From the NCBI GenBank assembly GCA_964016885.1, contig OZ024741.1, forward strand, positions 322,958,001-323,022,000: a stretch of DNA of 64,000 nt, in the 5' to 3' direction. Of this stretch, positions 1-13,500 are shown in pieces. Under the pieces are notes generated by a model, which saw only the letters and a list, made by a program, of their open reading frames with translations, was not told the DNA's origin and searched no databases. Every line of letters starts with the position of its first letter. The stretch's first letter is position 1. A program made the translations under genes and the position numbers. This stretch comes from Eledone cirrhosa. Taxonomy: Eukaryota.

Positions 1-871
1 TTTATTTAATAAAGTATATTTATTTAATGACCCAACCACTATGGTGTAAATTAGGATCACAAAATTAAATAAATGATCATAAATTAGTATTAATATCAAT
101 TAGAGAGTCAACTGTATTATTAGAATTTATCACTTTCTATGTATATTTAAATCAAATATTTTTTATTATTCAAATTTATACTATAGCTGCAATATTTTAA
201 GAAGTTTTAAGAAGTTTTCTTGTCCTTTACTTTTCCAGGTGTAATAACTTGTCCTTTATTTTTCTAGGTTTATTAATTTAAGAATATTTCTTTACATGCG
301 CCCGCATTTTTCCCTGTAATATATATATGTATATGGCAGCTATGTTTAGGTTTTGAAATACTCGTGTATAAAATATATTTATCAAGTTTTAATATTTTGA
401 TATTGAAAATGTTTTAAGTGTCGTCTAGAATATAGTTTGTTTCACAACTCCATTCCCTAATGTTTTGTTGTTGTTTTTTTTTGTTTTGTTTTGTCATTAC
501 ATCTGTTTTAAAGTTTCAACAAGTTTCTTGATTTTTTTTTTACTTCCGGCTACTCATATGTTAGGAGTACTTTGAAAGCAAGAGATCCAGTACAAGAACT
601 AAGCATATGGATTCATAGAGTAGAAGAGGAGGGGAGAGGCGGCAAGTGAGAGAGAGGAAACGCAGAGCGATAAAAAGAGAGGGCGAGAGCGAGGACAATA
701 AAATCAAATGAGAAGCAACCTTTCAATCTTATGTATGTGTGTACGTGTATATGTATAGGATATTTATGTATTAAAATGTTCTAATTATAAAAATTTGTTA
801 GAAATATTTTCAAGGAAATGCATAACACCAATGACGATATAAATGTAGGGAAAAGGTGTTTTATTATAAAA

Positions 872-1123
872 CTAGGAAAAGAGCCCGTTGTTGCCGGCAC
901 ACCTTTCGTCACTCTAAATAAATACCTGCCTCTCTCATCAATAGGGCCGCCTTTAAATATCCCCAGAACTCTTCTATTTTAGGCGGGAGAGAGATTTAAA
1001 CTATATGTTGACATGCTGCGGGAGCTAAATAACCTATGTATCAAATTAGAACAAAATCGGATGAAAACTGTGGAAATGCATCGCCTGCATACAGACAGAC
1101 ATTTTCGTTTTTATATACATAGA
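872..1123 (-). mobile_element. Non-autonomous Helitron 1
   Basis: Minus strand starts TC(TATGTATA) at 1123 and ends ...CTAG at 872, followed by T; GC-rich imperfect palindrome (gcccgttgttgccggc) ~10 nt from the 3' end; internal acagacagac motif typical of Lep1/HINE-like Helitrons. Confidence 0.65.
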
Positions 1124-1743
1124 CTAGCAGAAAACCACCCACCGGGTGGTTTTCTGCTAGTATATATATATATTACACACACAGAAATGTATATATATTT
1201 CTGTGTGTATATATATATATATTACACACACAGAAATGTATATGTATTTCTGTGTGTGTATATATATATATATATTACACACACAGAAATGTATATATAT
1301 TTCTGTGTGTATATATATATATATATTACACACACAGAAATGTATATATATTTCTGTGTGTATATATATATATTTCTGTGTGTGTATATATATATATATA
1401 TTACACACACACAGAAATGTATATATGTTTCTGTAGCACTCCTCAATTCCCCCCCCCCCTCTCTCCCTCCCGCTCTCCCCCTCTTGTAGTCTGTCTCTTT
1501 CTTTCACTCTCACTCTCTATCTACGCGTGCGCAAAAAAACATTCGCACGCGCGCACGTGTTTTAGCGTCTATTCACTCCCTCTCTCTCCCTCTCTCCCTC
1601 CCGTTATCCCCCTCTCGTAGTCTTCTCTTTCTTTCACTCTCACTCTCTCTCTACGCGTGCGCAAAAAACATTCGCACGCGCGCACGTGTTTCCACTGTCG
1701 GACAGACAGACAGAGAAATTGCTGGTTATATATTATAAGGAGA
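1124..1743 (-). mobile_element. Non-autonomous Helitron 2 with internal minisatellite and ~130-bp tandem duplication
   Basis: 5' A^TC at 1743, 3' CTAG at 1127-1124; gacagacagacag motif near the 5' end; 1430-1743 is homologous to 2570-2730. Confidence 0.5.
1161..1430. repeat. ~42-48 bp TA/CA minisatellite (tatatattacacacacagaaatgtatatatatttctgtgtg)
   Basis: 5-6 visible tandem units, each with an internal cacacagaaat/atttctgtgtg inverted repeat. Confidence 0.9.
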
Positions 1744-2569
1744 TTACATATACATATGTAACTATGTATATCATCATCATCATCCCTATTATATATATAT
1801 ATAATATGGGCCGAAGCCGAAAAAAATTTTGTTTGGCAGCTCTAATTGCGCCTTAATTTTATTCAAAAAATTATATACTAACATATTCGAATACCAGGCA
1901 CTATTGGAATCAACAATAGCAGCGTCCTGAGGGTCATTACAAAACATAAATTCGCGAGAATTAGTGTTTAAGGCTTGGAAGGTGGTAAAAAAATCCACAA
2001 AATCTTCCATTCTTTTAAAAAAAAAATTTATTTTTAATAATATTTAAATAACTGGCGGTTAGAAAAAATATTCCTATGAAATTTTAATCATACCATTAGG
2101 TGTGAATAAGGAAATATTTTGTTATTGTCAAAACAAATGTTCAAAAGTTAAACTTCAATTTTTTGAATTATTTCCAATTTTTTCATGAAATTGAACACTG
2201 GACATTGGCTGCTGGAAATAGAAATTAAATCGTATTTAATTGTATTTAAATTTCTAACCTTATTTTATTATTTATATTTTTTCAATAAGAAATTTTAAAA
2301 AAACAACAAAAAAAATTGAAGAAAAAAATCAAACGTAGGTTATGGAACTGCGCAATCTGATTAATAAATTACCTCATCAGCAGCAACCTTCTTCAAATGG
2401 TCATTCTTATCAGTAGCAACAACCACAAATTCAATGGCAACCTTCTTCGCATGGTGTCAAGTTAGAACCGCCTCGAACTGGTTACTTCTGGCTTGTGCAA
2501 GGTGTCTCGATAGCAACCAGCGATTCCCTCGGCCTCAGTGACCAAAGTCAGTGGAGAGGGGAAGGTAAT

Positions 2570-2730
2570 GTTTCTGTAGCACGTGTTTTAGCGTCTATTC
2601 ACTCTCTCTCTCTCCCTCTCTCCCTCCCGCTATCCCCCTCTCGTAGTCTGTCTCTTTCTTTCACTCTCACTCTCTCTCTACGCACGTGTTTCTACTGACA
2701 GAGAAATTGCTGGTTATAAATATAAGTAGA
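2570..2730 (-). mobile_element. Helitron 5' portion, same family as 1124-1743
   Basis: Shares ttctgtagcac...cacgtgttt...gacagagaaattgctggttata with 1430-1743; A^TC 5' end at 2730. Confidence 0.5.
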
Positions 2731-3017
2731 TAATCACTACAGATATTTTAGCACCTTATTTACGTAGAATTTGAAATTGGTGAAATATTGACCTCAAATA
2801 TAAGCCAACCCTCCAATTTACCATTAATTTTTGTGTCACATATTTCTTGGCTTACATTCGTATATATATATATATAACCTCTCCACTTCCTGCAATCATG
2901 AACCTAATATAACTGTGTAATTTTGCTTCATGTGTTTTGTTTTGTTTCATATATATATATATATATATATGTTCAATGATATTAAGTAAATGGAAACTAT
3001 ATTTATAAAACCATATT

Positions 3018-3078
3018 TATTCTATTATATATATTTCAAAGGTACCAAAACTTTGGTACGCTCTCATCAGATAAAATA
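3018..3078 (-). ncRNA. Type-I minimal hammerhead ribozyme, family H1 copy a
   Basis: Minus strand reads tattttat-CTGATGA-gag c gtaccaaa gt tttggtac c ttt-GAAA-T ATAT ATA^-atagaata: core, stem I, stem II and palindromic mini stem III all present. Confidence 0.8.
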
Positions 3079-3417
3079 CAAAGTTTGTTTATAAATATTG
3101 ACATAACCAGGAAGAAGAACTTAACGGTTCAAGTTTTCCTGGATATATATATAAGTAGAAGGGGTTTTTAATTTGTTGGAAGTCCGACAAATATAAATGT
3201 TTATAACTGATATATTATAAACAAATATTATATTATATTATATTATATTATAAACAAATTTTAAACAACTAATAATCGTAAATACACGTACTATTAAGAT
3301 ATATACTTAGAATATATTTCCCTCAAATTAACGCTATATGAGTTTTTATTCATCTTCTCTTGTTTCTTTCTTCTCTCTCTCCCTCTCTCTCGCTCTATTT
3401 TATCCTTCTCCTCTTAA

Positions 3418-3420
<3 letters not shown>

Positions 3421-3489
<69 letters not shown>
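3421..3489. repeat. (CT)n microsatellite
   Basis: Direct reading. Confidence 0.95.
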
Positions 3490-3493
<4 letters not shown>

Positions 3494-3653
3494 GTCGTTT
3501 AAATAAACGGTTGTTTTTCAATTATTTACATATTCATTTGCATATTCACACATAAGTATGAAAAATCCCTAATATATTTCCACTTTCCAGTGAATATCCA
3601 ACCGAAAAAGTATGATTTTCATGGGTATGTCTCTATTTATAAAACAAACTTTG

Positions 3654-3716
3654 TATTTTATCTGATGAAAGCGTACCAATGTGTCTTGGTACCCTTGAAA
3701 TATATATAATAAAATA
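3654..3716 (+). ncRNA. Type-I minimal hammerhead ribozyme, family H1 copy b
   Basis: tattttat-CTGATGA(3662-3668)-aag c gtaccaa tgtgtc ttggtac c ctt-GAAA(3697-3700)-T ATAT ATA^-ataaaata; predicted cleavage after 3708. Confidence 0.85.
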
Positions 3717-4389
3717 AATATGGTTTTATAAATATAGTTTCCATTTATTTAATATCATTGTATATATATATATATGGGGGCGGGTATCACCCACGGCTTC
3801 AAAAAGGTGAACAATACAATTCTTTCGCTCGCTCATCTGCAACATTTATGTAAATTTATTTTAAGATACCACAAACGAAGCTAACAAGATAGTAAAAGTT
3901 ATCAAACAGAAGAACAAGAACTAGTTAAAACTGAAATCAATGCTGAAAAATACAATTTGATACATGCAGAATGAACATTAAATGTAGAACATTCACTTTA
4001 ATATGCAGAGAAGTATTAAGAAGTAGTCAGTATTTATCAAATTTGTCTGTCAATTGTCAAAAGAGATGTTACGCCAAATGAAAATTTCATTTTCTAAACG
4101 ATTATACAATATCATATTTCAATTTTTTTAGGTTTTAGTTTTATCTTACAACTTAAAATATTCATAAAATCCGTTTATGAAGATTTTATTCTTGGCATTA
4201 GTAGATGACGTCGCTAAGATATCATTTTCGTTATATAGTTCCTTGTATTTGGTCTAATAAATACTTGTTTGTCAGGAGTGGTACTATAAATTATGATACG
4301 TAAGTTGTAAATATAATGTGGCGAAGAGGTCGATAAATAAAGTACCAGTTCAAAACTGGAGCGATTCTTCCTCCATATCTCTTTTTTAA

Positions 4390-4429
<40 letters not shown>

Positions 4430-4797
4430 TCTTTTTTTTTTCTTTTGTATTACTTGTCTCACTAGCTCTTTTTGATTACCAACTGTAAGGATTACTCAAT
4501 ACTTCCTCGAGTCTCTCGTGCTTACTAGCTCTATACAGACGTTTAAATTGAATAAATAAATAGAAGAAATCGGTTGTGTTCCGACTTGGAGAGGGATGGG
4601 TTCATAATAACACCCCTGCGACTCCATCACGGGTTAATAGTTCATGCATGGAGGATGGGGGTTGTAATTAGAACGAAGAACAGCAATAAGCTGCAATGGG
4701 TGAAGTTGGAGTTGACTTCGGTCGGGATTGAGTATTGGGGGATGTTAATTGCGTTAACCCTTTACAGAATCTTCAAACAGTCTTGAAGTCACACTGT

Positions 4798-4988
4798 AGA
4801 AATGAGTTGCGACGTCACTGATGTCAAGCTTTGCCTTTCCCTTGGACAACATCAGTGGCGTGAAGAGGGGACTGGTATGCATGGGTGACTGTTGGTCTTC
4901 CACAAACAACCTTGCCCGGACTTGTGCCTCAAAGGAACACTTTGTAGGTGCAAATCCCATGGTCGTGATCTAAGGGGTCTTTATACCC
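4798..4988 (+). mobile_element. SINE family A, 3' part
   Basis: aaatgagttgcgacgtcactg...cttgcccggacttgtgcctc...ggtgcaaatcccatggtc shared with 8170-8460, 19575-19680, 45390-45476 and 62380-62690. Confidence 0.8.
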
Positions 4989-5225
4989 GTGTAGCAATTA
5001 ACTCTACTTCTTGTTATATATTTATACCGTTTTAGAATAAAACATCCACTGTCAGCGAAAATTAAAGCATCCTTGTCATAAAATGTTAAAGTTAAAGTCT
5101 GTTTCAAGCTAGAAGACTTATCAGGCTGGAGAGTATCCTGAGTTCATTGGCCTTAAGCGAGTATAAGGCACGAAATCGAGTGATTGTGAAAGGCACTCCT
5201 TAACCAAACAACCATACATACGCCT

Positions 5226-5690
5226 ATTCATCATCATCATGTTCCCGCAAGAGGTGCAGCAAGTCGTTTGAATGCCACTCGAGACGCTTTTGCAGTCAGT
5301 AGTCGCTATTCTCTGTCGTATGTAGAAGGGTCTCGGTGCTGTGACCAGTCCAGTCTTTGATGTTGTGGGACCAAGATTTTTTTTTTTTGTCTGCCTCTTC
5401 TTCGCCCTCCTTCGACTGTGCTCTGGAGAATGGTTTTGGACAAGTTGTAGTGGAATATATGACCATACCAGGCAAGATTCCATCTTTTCACCATCGCAAG
5501 GAGTGGTTCCAGTCTGCCAGCATATTTGTTAACTTGTTGCTTGACAAAGCTGTTTGTTTTGTGCTCCGTGTATGGAATATGTAGTAAACTTCTGAAACAC
5601 TTATGCTCAAATGATGGGATTCTTCGTTCCATCTCAGCTGTGGGAGTCCAGCATACGCCTATTGCAATCAATGGAAAATAATCCAACCAG
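5226..5690 (-). mobile_element. RTE-clade LINE 3' fragment
   Basis: ORF 5306-5764 contains FEHKCFRSLLHIPYTEHKTN..LAWYGHI..TILQSTVEGGRRRGRQKK, a typical RTE C-terminus; (ATG)n tail at 5226-5240. Confidence 0.85.
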
Positions 5691-6681
5691 TATCGGTGAT
5701 AGGAAACGAAACCTTGACACTTTTTTTCGCCAATTAGTTGAGTGCGTTCAGTTTTCTGAAGCAAAACTATACAACCTCAAAGCGCTTCACGTTCATTTTT
5801 ACCTCTGCTATATTTTATAAGTTTATTTTCTAAATCTTTCCTCGTCATACTGTTATCCGGAATATTTTGAGCTTCATTAGGTCTTTAAATCATTTTAGTC
5901 CTGGGTGGTATCAAGTTGTTACGTAAGAAATTCCAGTTCAAATCATCACGTATTGCTGTCAGTGTCGTTGCTGTTGTTTCTAAAGGTGCTGGTAGAAGTG
6001 ATGATGGATGTGCTGATGGTGCTGGTGGGGCTGGTGAAGGTGGTGGAAGTGATGGTGGTGATTTTATTTTAATATATAGCTTTGACATTTCTATGGAAAC
6101 ATTTCCCTCCACCCTATATGACAGAAGTCTCCTCATCATTTGCATATATCTCAGAAACCACTCATGCTTAAATAATCATAAATATTAATATCTTATCTAT
6201 TTCACATACACACACATACGCACACACGTACATGCACACATGTGCATATGTGTGCTATGTGCTACATGTATTTATATATATATTTGATCATGAAAACAGG
6301 GTATTATTTGTTCATATTTTAATTCATTCAATAAACTGCCAGTATGCGCATTTACGTAATGTCTGTTGGCAGTTACGTAATGTAATCGGGCAGTCACACC
6401 TTTGTCAGAATGCTGGCTAACGACAAATAAAAGAATTACATAATGTCAGTGACATATGAGACTAAAAATCCGCGATGCCTCGTGATGGGTCAGCTTCGAA
6501 GCGAACGCTTATATGAGCATATATAAACCAAATCTTCGTTATCTACCAGCCTATATGAACGTATATCATAGATGAAATAGAATTTCTGACGTGGAGTGCT
6601 TAGTATTGTTTACACTGGAATTAATTATAGTGATGCAGGCGCCACAGTTATAATTAATTCATTATATATGTGTGGGGGGGG

Positions 6682-6729
<48 letters not shown>

Positions 6730-6811
6730 GTAATAATAAAATTAACAAAACAAACGGCACAGTACGCGGAAGAAATATATTAGTTTAACGTTTGAAATAG
6801 CAGAAAGAGAG

Positions 6812-6847
6812 TCTTAACGTATCAGACACTAATCCTTCATCAGAAGA
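6812..6847 (-). ncRNA. Degenerate hammerhead-like motif (GAAA mutated to GATA)
   Basis: Minus strand tctt-CTGATGA-agga ttagtg tct-GATA-C GTT-aaga; near a (GT)n tract. Confidence 0.45.
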
Positions 6848-8169
6848 TAGAGTTAGAAATAGAAGATAAATAGAAAGTAAAGAGTGATGAAAGAAAGGAA
6901 CGGGAAAATGAGAAAACAATTGGAGAGAAAAAACACGTGCATATTCAGTCAACCATCGTCTCCAAACGATTGTTTCTTTTAAAACGTTTTACTTATATTA
7001 AAGCCTTCCATAAATTGTTTTAATGTACGAACCTGTTTTAAGTGGGTTCTAAACATTATAATATAAATGTTAAGCTATGTTACTAAATTCCTACAAACTT
7101 TCAATATTTTCAAAGTTAATTGAAACATGGGCTGAGAATTTCATCGGAAATCTGGTAACCAAAAGGTTAAACTCCGCAAACGCTTTCGTTATTCCTCTGC
7201 TATAAATCATGCATATGGATAACTTTTAATAATTATGTGAATTGCTGTTAATATTAAGGACGTGGACTCGCTATTCATCTTACAATACTAAGAAGATAAG
7301 ACAAAGAGAAGAGTAACAACGAGAGCAATAGTAGTAAGAAAGGCTTTTAATAAACTTGTGGTCCATTGCCGTCGGAGACTAGTTCAACCTTCGCTGATTG
7401 TCAGGGCAGAGGGCATGTTTTGAAGGGCATTGTTTGAAGTACCGGTCGCCGATAGGTTTGAGGTCAAACCTGTACAAGTGGAGACTTCCAGTGTACTTTC
7501 CCCCTCCCCCTGGACCACATCCCTACTCACTACTATCTGGACAGAGTTGGCTACTGTCAGGGTCGAGACCAACCAATTGGAATGGCTATTTCAACGTGGA
7601 TCCCTTGTCATCCAGGTCAACATTTTTTCCATTCTGTCCGATGAGACCACGAAGTGGCACACTTGGGCTCCCAGACACTAGAAAACGCACTCCCACTCTG
7701 TCGAGGCCCACGCCAGTTGGGCAGCGATGAATATATGAATTTATATTATTCATCAAATTGTTCTATGAACAAAATTCAACAGATTATCGCTCAAAACATG
7801 AATTATAAGGTTGATTACTGCAATAGCGTTGAACGTATTTATGTAAGTTTTGAAGGATGTCATATATACCAGGATTACTAGATATATACACAAACCTTAC
7901 AAACAGGGAAGTTGGCATTTGAAAAATTAATGGTTTACATAAGAGAAACCCTATTGTTTATATAGTGAAAATGATTTATGATAAGAATGATATTTAAATA
8001 ATATATTACTAGGATAGGATTACATAAATGTTCATCACTTATGTACAAATGACATACAGGATTAAATCTATGAGTAGCATTATCTACTTAGTGAATGTAC
8101 GGATTGGAAAGCGAACTTCTTATAGTAACAACATGACTGAAATAGCATATGCATTGTGTGTATGTAAAG

Positions 8170-8462
8170 GGTAAAGACTCCCTTCGGTCACGAATGACAT
8201 CGAGATTTTCACTTAGAAAGTTCTTCTTCGAGGCACAAGTCCGAGCAAGACCAACAGTCGCCCATGCATTTCTGTCTCCCCTCTCCAAGAGAAAGGTAAA
8301 GGCCGATACAGTTTGGCACCAGTGACGTCGCAACTCATTTTTACAGCTGAGAAAACTGGAGCAACGTTAAATAATGTGTCTTGCTCAAGGACACAACGCA
8401 TCACCCCGTTTGAGAATCGAGATTGTAAGCCCAGCGCTCTAACCACTCAGCCATACGCCTTC
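8170..8462 (-). mobile_element. tRNA-derived SINE family A, near full length
   Basis: tRNA-like head (ggcgtatggctgagtggttagagcgct...tcgattc), gtgtccttgagcaagacac domain, family-A body. Confidence 0.85.
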
Positions 8463-8755
8463 ACTGTATGTATGTATATATGTATATATGTGTATATGTG
8501 TGTGTAAATTTTAACGAGTTACAGACGGAAATATATATAAATAAATATACAAAGACACATGGTGTATTATTATAGTTGATGATAGTTATCAAACGAAAGA
8601 AAGGGTGTTTGGTGAAAATAGAAGGAAATAAATAAATGAGAGGACTACTCACGGCGACGGAATTTCTTACAATGAAGCACGTTGATCCGGGCCAAGTGTC
8701 AGGTAGTTTTTATACTGGCTCAGTAGTGTGTTGGGAACTTAAGACAGGGGCAAGG

Positions 8756-8954
8756 TGACAACAACAACAACAGCAACAACAACAATAACAACATCAAGAG
8801 CAATCACAGCAGCAGCAGCAACAACAACAACAACAACAATTACAACATCAAGAACAATCACAACAGTAGCAACAACAACATATACTACCATATACTACTA
8901 CATCTACCACAATTACCACAATCAACTACTACTACTACTACTTCTACTACTACA

Positions 8955-8986
<32 letters not shown>

Positions 8987-8991
8987 GTCTT

Positions 8992-9058
<67 letters not shown>

Positions 9059-9165
9059 TACTACTGCTACTACTACTACTGCTTCTGCTACTTCTACTAC
9101 AGCTTCTGCTACTTCTACTACAGCCCCATCTACCACAATACATTGCTACCTCCCACCACCACTAA
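8756..9165. repeat. (ACA)n/(CTA)n trinucleotide microsatellite complex
   Basis: Direct reading. Confidence 0.95.
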
Positions 9166-9294
9166 CCACGCCGCCACCTGTTCTCCTCATTTCGTAAATG
9201 TTTTATTACTTAATATTCAGTTTAATTAAACAGTTCTTATAGGCCAACAAATCCACCCTCATTACACCCTTAACACACTTTCTACTTTCCTCAG

Positions 9295-10430
9295 CTGTGG
9301 TGATAGTGGTGGTGGCGGTGTTGTTGCTGTTGTTATTGCTGTTGTTGATAATAGTGGTGGTGGTGGTGGTGGTAGTGACACTGTTGTTGTGGTCGTTATG
9401 TTAGCTGTTGTTGCTGTTGTTATTGCTGTTGTTGATAATAGTGGTGGTGGTGGTGGTGGTAGTGGTGGTGGTAGTGACACTGTTGTTGTGGTCGTTATGT
9501 TAGCTGTTGTTGCTGTTGTTATTGCTGTTGTTGATAATAGTGGTGGTGGTGGTGGTGGTAGTGGTAGTGGTAGTGACACTGTTGTTGTGGTCGTTATGTT
9601 AGCTGTTGTTGCTGTTGTTATTGCTGTTGTTGATAATAGTGGTGGTGGTGGTGGTGGTAGTGGTGGTGGTAGTGACACTGTTGTTGTGGTCGTTATGTTA
9701 GCTGTTGTTGCTGTTGTTATTGCTGTTGTTGATAGTGGTGGTGGTGGTGGTGGTTGTGGTGGTGGTGGTGGTGGTGGTAGTGGTAGTGACACTGTTGTTG
9801 TGGTCGTTATGTTAGCTGTTGTTGCTGTTGTTATTGCTGTTGTTGATAGTGGTGGTGGTTGTGGTGGTGGTGGTGGTGGTGGTAGTGGTAGTGACACTGT
9901 TGTTGTGGTCGTTATGTTAGCTGTTGTTGCTGTTGTTATTGCTGTTGTTGATAGTGGTGGTGGTGGTGGTGGTGGTTGTGGTGGTGGTGGTGGTGGTGGT
10001 AGTGGTAGTGACACTGTTGTTGTGGTCGTTATGTTAGCTGTTGTTGCTGTTGCTATTGCTGTTGCTATTGCTGTTGTTGATAATAGTGGTTGTGGTGGTG
10101 GTGGTGGTGGTGGTGGTGGTAGTGACACTGTTGTTGTGGTCGTTATGTTAGCTGTTGTTGCTGTTGCTATTGCTGTTGTTGATAATAGTGGTGGTGGTGG
10201 TGGTGGTGGTGGTGGTGGTGGTGGTGGTGGTGGTGGTGGTGGTGGTGGTGGTGGTGGTAGTGGTAGTGACACTGTTGTTGTGGTCGTTATGTTAGCTGTT
10301 GTTGCTGTTGTTATTGCTATTGTTGATAATAGTGGTGGTGGGGTGGTGGTGGTGGTTGTGGTGGTGGTGGTAGTGGTAGTGACACTGTTGTTGTGGTCGT
10401 TATGTTAGCTGTTGTTGCTGTTGTTGCTGC
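9295..10430. repeat. Minisatellite: constant ~66-bp block separated by variable-length (GGT)n
   Basis: About 10 copies of agtgacactgttgttgtggtcgttatgttagctgttgttgctgttgttattgctgttgttgat. Confidence 0.95.
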
Positions 10431-10559
10431 TGTTCAAGTTACTGTTACTGTTGAGGCTGTTATTGTTGCAGCTGTTGTTGTCGTTGTCGTTGTTGTTACA
10501 GTTATTTGCAATACAATGACTCACGAATATCTTATTTATAAACATACACACAAAATTCC

Positions 10560-13500
10560 CCACCAACACCAACACCGCCATCAACACTAACACTAACACC
10601 AAAACTATTACCACTAACACCAACACCACAACCATCACCACTAACACTAATACCAAAACCATCACCACTAACACCATCACCACTAACACTAACACCAAAA
10701 CCATCACTACTAACACCAACACCACAATGATCGCAACAACCATCACCTCTAATACTAACACCACCACCATGACCACTAACACCATCTCCACTACCATCTC
10801 CACTAAAACCAACACTACTAACACCAACACCACAATCATCACCACAACCTTCACCACTATCACCAACACCACCACCATCACCACTAACACCACAACCATC
10901 ACTACTACAACCAACACCGCAACCATCACCACTAACACTAACAGCACAATCATCACCACAACCATCACCACTAACAACAAAACCACCACCATCACCACTA
11001 ACACCACAACCATCACTACTAACACCAACACCACAACCAACACTACTAACACCAACACCACCACCATCACTACTAACATCAACACCACCACCATCACCAC
11101 TAACACCAACACCACAAGCATCACTACTAACACCAACACCACAACCATCACCACAACCATCAACACAACCATCACCACTAACACCAAAACCACCACCATC
11201 ACCACTAACACTAACACCTCAACCATCACTACTAACACCAACACCACAACCATCATAACAACCATCACCACTAACACCAACACCACCACCATCACCACTA
11301 ACACTAACACCAAAACCATCACCACTAACACCAACACTACAACCATCACCACAACCATCACCACTAACACCAACACCACCACCATCATCACTAACACTAA
11401 CACCAGAACCATCACTACTAACACCAACACCACAACCATCACCACTAACACTAACACCACAACCATCACCACTAACACCAACACAACTAACACCAACCAC
11501 TAACACCAACACCACTATCACCACTAACACCAACACCACTAACACCACCCACTAACACCAGCACCACCACCATCACCACTAACATCAACAACACTAACAC
11601 CAACACCACCAACACCACTAACTCCAACACCACCATCACCACTAACACCAACACCACTAACACCAACCACTAACACCATCACCACTAACACCAACACCAC
11701 TTACACCAACACCACTAACATCAACACCACCATCACCACTATCACCAACACCACCAACACCACTAACATCAACACCACCATCACCACTAACACCAACCAC
11801 TAACACCAACACCACTATTACCACTAACACCAACACCACTAACACCAACACCAGCATCACCACTAACACCAACACCACTAACACCAACACCACTAACACC
11901 AACACCAATAACATCAACACCACCATCACCACTAACACCAACACCACCGTCACCACTAACACCAACACCACTAACATCAACCACTAACATGAACACCACC
12001 ATCACCACTAACACCGACCACTAACACCAACACCACTAACACCATCACCACTAACACCAACACCACTAACACGATCACTACTAACACCAACCACTAAAAC
12101 CAACACCACTAACACCAACACCACTAACACCAACCACTGACACCAACACCACTAACACCAACACCAATAACACCAACACCACTAAAACCAACACCACTAA
12201 CACCAACCACTAACACCAACACCACTAACACCAACACCACTAAAACCATCCACTAACACCAACACCACTAACACCACCACCATCACCACTTCCACCAGTA
12301 CCATCACCACTAACACCACCACCAGCACCACTAACACCACCACCATCACCACTAAGACCACCAACACCACCACTAAGACCACCAACATCACCACTAACAC
12401 CACCACCATCACCACTAACACCACCACCATCACCACTAACACCGCCACCATCACCACTAACACCACCACCATCACCACTAACACCACCACCATCACCACT
12501 AACACCACCACCATCACCACTAACACCAGCATCACCACTAACACCACCACCATCACCACTAACACCACCACCATCACCACTAACACCACCACCATCACCA
12601 CTAACACCACCACTAACACCACCACCATCACAACTAACACCACCACAATCACCACTAACACCAGCATCACCACTAACACCACCACCATCACCACTAACAC
12701 CACCACCATCACCACTAACACCACCACTAACACCACCACCATCACAACTAACACCACCACAATCACCACTAACACCAGCATCACCACTAACACCACCACC
12801 ATCACCACTAACACCACCACCATCACCACTAACACCACCACTAACACCACCGCCATCACCACTAACACCACCATCACCACTAACACCACCACCATCACCA
12901 CTAACACCACCACCATCACCACTAACACCACCACCATCACCACTAACACCACCACCACTAACACCACCACCATCACCACTAACACCACCACCATCACCAC
13001 TAACAACACCAGCATCACCACTAACACCACCACCATCACCACTAACACCACCACCATCACCACTAACACCACCACCACCACCACTAACACCACCACCATC
13101 ACCACTAACACCACCACCATCACCACTAACACCACCACCACCACCACTAACACCACCACCATCACCACTAACACCACCACCATTACCACTAACACCAGCA
13201 TCACCACTAACACCACTACCATCACCACTAACACCGCCACCATCACCACTAACACCGCCACCATCACCACTAACACCACCACCATCACCACTAACACCAC
13301 CACCATCACCACTAACACCACCACCATCACCACTAACACCGCCACCATCACCACTAACACCAGCATCACCACTAACACCACCACCATCACCACTAACACC
13401 GCCACCATCACCACTAACACCACCACCACCACCACTAACACCACCAGCATCACCACTAACACCACCACCACCACCACTAACACCACCACCATCACCACTA

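Noticed and set aside
1013-1620. YIYI/CVCV ORFs here and throughout the window
   Set aside because: Dinucleotide-repeat translations.
9295-10430. CRISPR-like repeat-spacer pattern
   Set aside because: Spacers are only (GGT)n length variants, no cas genes, eukaryotic context.
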